Assembly: GCA_038833255.1 (NCBI GenBank) | Contig: JAWBIX010000012.1 | Location: 1 to 10,101 of the forward strand | DNA from: Nanopusillaceae archaeon | Lineage (GTDB): Archaea; Nanobdellota; Nanobdellia; Nanobdellales; Nanobdellaceae | DNA: 10,101 nt | Direction: 5' to 3' | Shown: one piece after another, positions 7,403 to 10,101 of the stretch | How the letters are laid out: each line of letters opens with the position of its first letter | Numbering within the stretch: position 1 is the first letter of the stretch | Program-made: the position numbers and the translations under genes | Notes under the pieces: generated by a model | The model's database searches: none | Told to the model about the DNA's origin: nothing | Seen by the model: the letters and a program-made list of their open reading frames with translations, nothing else

Positions 7403-7551
7403 TACAATTTTAGCTTTAAATAATGAATTTTAACTTTTTAATTATAAATATTACAAAAAACTCTCCTGGCTTTTTACTTCAATAAATATTTTCGATCTTG
7501 AGATCACTGCTTACAAGAACTATAAATAAAGTTAAAATTATCCAAACCACA

Positions 7552-7560
7552 TTTTTATAT
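7552..7560 (+). promoter_or_regulatory. possible archaeal TATA box for the methyltransferase gene (short or no leader)
   Basis: TTTTTATAT lies 23-31 nt upstream of the ATG at 7583. This is weak evidence, because TATA-like strings are frequent in such AT-rich DNA. Confidence 0.25.
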
Positions 7561-7582
7561 CTATTTTTTCGCAATATCTTAT

Positions 7583-8233
7583 ATGTTTGTAAAAATCTCT
7601 GATTTAAAAATATACTATAAATTTAAAGATTTAGAATGTTATCCACCATTAGAAGATTCTTTGTTATTGAATAAATATATTCCAAAATTTTGTGAAAATA
7701 AAAAAGTTTTGGATTTAGGTTGTGGAACTGGAATTCAAGGTCTAGAAGCTTATAAATATACTAAAAAAGTTACTTTTTCAGATATAGATAATAACTGCAT
7801 CAAATTAGCTAAGATAAATTTTTATTTAAATTATATAAATCCAAAAGAAGATCTAGAAAGACTTTATAATATTGTTGACAACTTTAAATTTCCAGTAAAA
7901 TTTATTTTATCAGATTTGTTCGAAAACATTAATGAAAAATTTGATGTAATATTATTTAATCCCCCATATTTACCTGAAATCGATAAGGAAGAAGAAAATA
8001 TTAAAAGATGGATTTGTGGCGGTAAAAGTGGAAAAGAATTAATAGAAAGATTTTTAAATGATCTAGAAAATCATTTAAATAAAAATGGTATTTCACTAAT
8101 TATTATGTCTTCTTTCAATGATCCTAAAAAAATTTTTAATGATTTTTCTGATAAATACAAATTTACTTTAATTGAAAAAATTGATTTTTTCTTAGAAAGT
8201 TTATATTTAGTTAAGATATCTAAAATAGATTAA
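7583..8233 (+). CDS. HemK/Mtq2-like N5-glutamine (release factor) methyltransferase, class I SAM-dependent
   Basis: 216 aa. It has YPPLEDSLLL (the Mtq2-type YxPxEDS/TxLL N-terminus), VLDLGCGTGIQGL (SAM motif I), FSDID, DVILFNPPYLP (NPPY catalytic motif) and GGKSGKELIERFL. Confidence 0.8.
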   Translation: MFVKISDLKIYYKFKDLECYPPLEDSLLLNKYIPKFCENKKVLDLGCGTGIQGLEAYKYTKKVTFSDIDNNCIKLAKINFYLNYINPKEDLERLYNIVDNFKFPVKFILSDLFENINEKFDVILFNPPYLPEIDKEEENIKRWICGGKSGKELIERFLNDLENHLNKNGISLIIMSSFNDPKKIFNDFSDKYKFTLIEKIDFFLESLYLVKISKID

Positions 8234-8268
8234 AAATATTTTTAATTTTTAAAATATCCTAATTCTTT

Positions 8269-8445
8269 ATGAACACAAAAAATATTTTAATTAAGATAGT
8301 TATTTATACTGTGATAATATACATAACTTTTAATCTTATTGCACCATACTTAATGGCTTTTATGTTCTTTATACCATATAACATTTTGAGTTCTTTATTA
8401 TCTGCTATATTAATTGTGCTTTTAGAAAATATAATAAATAAATGA
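8269..8445 (+). CDS. candidate small membrane protein (58 aa, two hydrophobic segments)
   Basis: Below the track length cutoff. ATG at 8269; translation is MNTKNILIKIVIYTVIIYITFNLIAPYLMAFMFFIPYNILSSLLSAILIVLLENIINK. Its stop TGA (8443-8445) overlaps the photolyase ATG (8442-8444) as ATGA. The ORF fills nearly the whole gap between two same-strand genes. Confidence 0.35.
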   Translation: MNTKNILIKIVIYTVIIYITFNLIAPYLMAFMFFIPYNILSSLLSAILIVLLENIINK

Positions 8446-9740
8446 GAACTTTATATTTATTTCGAAGGGATTTAAGAATTTACGATAATAGAGCTCTATT
8501 TCAAGCATATAAAGATTCTGAAAAAATTTTTGCTATTTATATTTTTAACAAAAATTACTTTAAATACAGAGAAATAGATTTGAATCATAAATTTACAATA
8601 TTTATTTTAAACATACTAAAAGAAATAAATAAAAAAATAAGAATTCATGTATTTTTTGGAAATATAAAAGAAATTCTCGCAAATATATTTTCAAAATATA
8701 AGATAGATGCTTTATATTTTTCAGATTCTTTATCATGGTTTGAAGAAAAAGAAAACAAAGAAATAGAAGAAATTTGTAAGGAATATAAAGTTAAATGCCG
8801 TAAATTTTTTGATAATTTTTTAACAGATCCGAGAAAATTTAAACCAACATATAATTTTTCTAATTTTTATAAAAGATGGTTAAAAGATGTAGATTCAAAC
8901 ATTTTACCAGAAATCAAAAATGATAAATTTTCTGAATTAGATGAATTAGATATTTATGAATTTATGAAAAAATTCAATTTAATCGACTATGACGAAGAGC
9001 ACATTAAATTCGAATGGCTGGAGAAAAGAAAAAGAGAGTTTATTTTTGAAAATTATAATAAATTTAAAGATTATCCAGGAATAGATGGTACATCTAAGTT
9101 ATCTCACTTTATTAATGTAGGGGCTATTTCTATAAGAGAATTATATAATATTGCAAAAGATAAGTCTAATGAATTTATAAGACAGTTATCTTGGAGAGAA
9201 TACTATTATTCCATCAGATTTTGGTATCCCTGGATGAAAAACTTAGAAATAAAGAAAAAAATGAGAAATATAAAATGGGAAAATGATATGTATTTTATTA
9301 AATCTTTCTTTGAAGGAAAAACTGGATATCCTATTGTAGATGCCGGTATAAAACAATTAAAACAAGAGGGTTGGATCCATAATAGAGTTAGGCTAATTTT
9401 AGCAAACTTTTTAGTAAAAGATTTATTAGTAGATTGGAGAATTGGAGAAAAATTTTTTAGAAAATATTTAATAGATTATGATGAGGTTTTAAACGTTGGA
9501 AATTGGCAATGGTGCGCCTCTGTTGGTATAGATCCTTTACCTTTGAGATTATTCAATCCTATAGTACAAGCGAAAAAGTATGATCCTTATTGTAAATATA
9601 TTAAGAAGTACCTAGGTGAATTAAAGGAGATAGATTGCAAAGCTTTACACAACCCTATTCAATATAAAATTGGCAATTATATAGAACCGATTGTTAATCA
9701 TTATGAGCAAATAAAAAAGTTTAGAAATTTATTATACTAA
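8442..9740 (+). CDS. phr: deoxyribodipyrimidine photolyase (class I CPD photolyase / cryptochrome-photolyase family)
   Basis: 432 aa. MRTLYLFRRDLRIYDNRAL (N-terminal alpha/beta domain), TSKLSHFINVGAISIREL, QLSWREYYY, TGYPIVDAGIKQLKQEGWIHNRVRLILANFLVKDLLVDWRIGEKFF and DYDEVLNVGNWQWCASVG...FNPIVQAKKYDP are FAD-binding domain signatures. Confidence 0.92.
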   Translation: MRTLYLFRRDLRIYDNRALFQAYKDSEKIFAIYIFNKNYFKYREIDLNHKFTIFILNILKEINKKIRIHVFFGNIKEILANIFSKYKIDALYFSDSLSWFEEKENKEIEEICKEYKVKCRKFFDNFLTDPRKFKPTYNFSNFYKRWLKDVDSNILPEIKNDKFSELDELDIYEFMKKFNLIDYDEEHIKFEWLEKRKREFIFENYNKFKDYPGIDGTSKLSHFINVGAISIRELYNIAKDKSNEFIRQLSWREYYYSIRFWYPWMKNLEIKKKMRNIKWENDMYFIKSFFEGKTGYPIVDAGIKQLKQEGWIHNRVRLILANFLVKDLLVDWRIGEKFFRKYLIDYDEVLNVGNWQWCASVGIDPLPLRLFNPIVQAKKYDPYCKYIKKYLGELKEIDCKALHNPIQYKIGNYIEPIVNHYEQIKKFRNLLY

Positions 9741-9759
9741 ATAATATCTTTATTTGCAA

Positions 9760-9790
9760 TTTTTATGTCAGATAACGAACATTATCCGAC
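9760..9790 (+). terminator. possible transcription stop for phr: T5 run followed by an imperfect hairpin
   Basis: A TTTTT run sits at 9760-9764, about 20 nt after the TAA stop. The hairpin is GTCAGATAA (9767-9775), loop CGAACA, TTATCCGAC (9782-9790): a 9-bp stem with one A/C mismatch. Oligo-T is the usual archaeal terminator signal. Confidence 0.3.
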
Positions 9791-9883
9791 AAAATCCTAC
9801 TATTTTAAGCAATATATAATTATATAATAATAAATAAATTTCTAAGGCTCGTAAAAAATACAATTTTCTGTTAAATTTGACTT

Positions 9884-10093
9884 TTAGAAATATATATTTC
9901 CCTAACTTAAAAAATATTTTCAAAATATGTATTTCGCTAATCTAAATTGAAAATCTTTGATGATAAAAAAAGTTTACATTGTCTCGGCAACTTTTAGAGC
10001 AACATAAAATATAATGCAATGTATGTAATAAGCCTCGATATTTGACTTCTTTTCTTTTTGAATTATATGCCATTTCAAATAATCGGATATCAT
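9884..10093 (-). pseudogene. possible decayed N-terminal fragment of an IS4/IS5-type transposase (DUF4096-like), interrupted by in-frame stops
   Basis: Minus-strand reading from the ATG at 10093 gives MISDYLKWHIIQKEKKSNIEAYYIHCIIFYVALKVAETM*TFFIIKDFQFRLAKYIF*KYFLS*GNIYF*. It loosely follows the DUF4096 pattern l(t/s)D..W..I ... ilYVl(r/k)tG..W..LPk(d/e)f.....vY..F.(r/k)W...G.w. No DDE domain follows. Composition-driven chance similarity is a real alternative. Confidence 0.2.
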
Positions 10094-10101
10094 TTATAAA
10101 T

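Noticed and set aside
7353-7433. 26-codon ORF MKSFAAAEKMMKNPETDTILALNNEF overlapping the C/D sRNA candidate
   Set aside because: The precise C/N12/D'/linker/C'/N12/D geometry explains the GC-rich patch better than a micro-peptide does. I keep it as the alternative to test.
7494-7505. Palindrome GATCTTGAGATC in the DUF123/methyltransferase spacer
   Set aside because: It has only a 4-5 bp stem with a tiny loop. That is too short to call a structure or binding site without comparative data.
9477-9499. ATGATGA followed 12 nt later by TGGA inside phr
   Set aside because: It lies within well-conserved photolyase coding sequence (DYDEVLNVGNW). The D-like box is wrong and there is no second box pair.
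9958-9990. TGATGA (C-box-like) in the downstream non-coding tail
   Set aside because: There is no CTGA-like D or D' box at 10-14 nt and no second box pair.
1-10101. Scan for CRISPR repeats, tRNA/rRNA genes, inteins, toxin-antitoxin pairs or defence-system genes
   Set aside because: By eye I found no regularly spaced direct repeats, no GC-rich cloverleaf-like islands (the only GC island is the sRNA candidate), no intein blocks in aspS, tyrS or phr, and no recognisable defence domains.

Overview
Very AT-rich, tightly packed archaeal chromosomal segment. Archaeal hallmarks are an AGOG-type 8-oxoguanine glycosylase, an archaeal-type AspRS, a long (type 4-like) TyrRS, an Mtq2/HemK-like methyltransferase, DUF123, DUF763 and a candidate box C/D sRNA. 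The low G+C and compaction suggest a small-genome archaeon (DPANN/Nanoarchaeota-like or similar), but that is only inference. I support 12 protein genes plus one small candidate ORF. On the minus strand, hypothetical protein -> DUF763 -> trxB form one block (trxB is open at the window edge and absent from the ORF track), and tyrS -> aspS -> AGOG -> MgtC-family form another. On the plus strand are a minimal SpoU/TrmL-like methyltransferase, a DUF123 GIY-YIG-like protein, an Mtq2-like methyltransferase, a 58-aa hydrophobic ORF and a class I-type photolyase. Most content is housekeeping or DNA repair. I see no CRISPR array, tRNA, rRNA, intact mobile element or recognisable defence system, and nothing I can defend as a novel multi-gene system. 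Worth a second look: (1) a box C/D sRNA candidate with exact 12-nt guides at 7353-7402; (2) an anomalous 5' end of tyrS, where conserved-looking N-terminal codons lie upstream of the only canonical start and an ATG sits one frame off; (3) an uncharacterised hypothetical/DUF763/TrxR operon with overlapping genes; (4) a small membrane ORF whose stop overlaps the photolyase start; (5) an unusually long non-coding tail (9741-10101) that may hold a decayed IS-type transposase N-terminus. Five of the track ORFs are antisense shadows of real genes.
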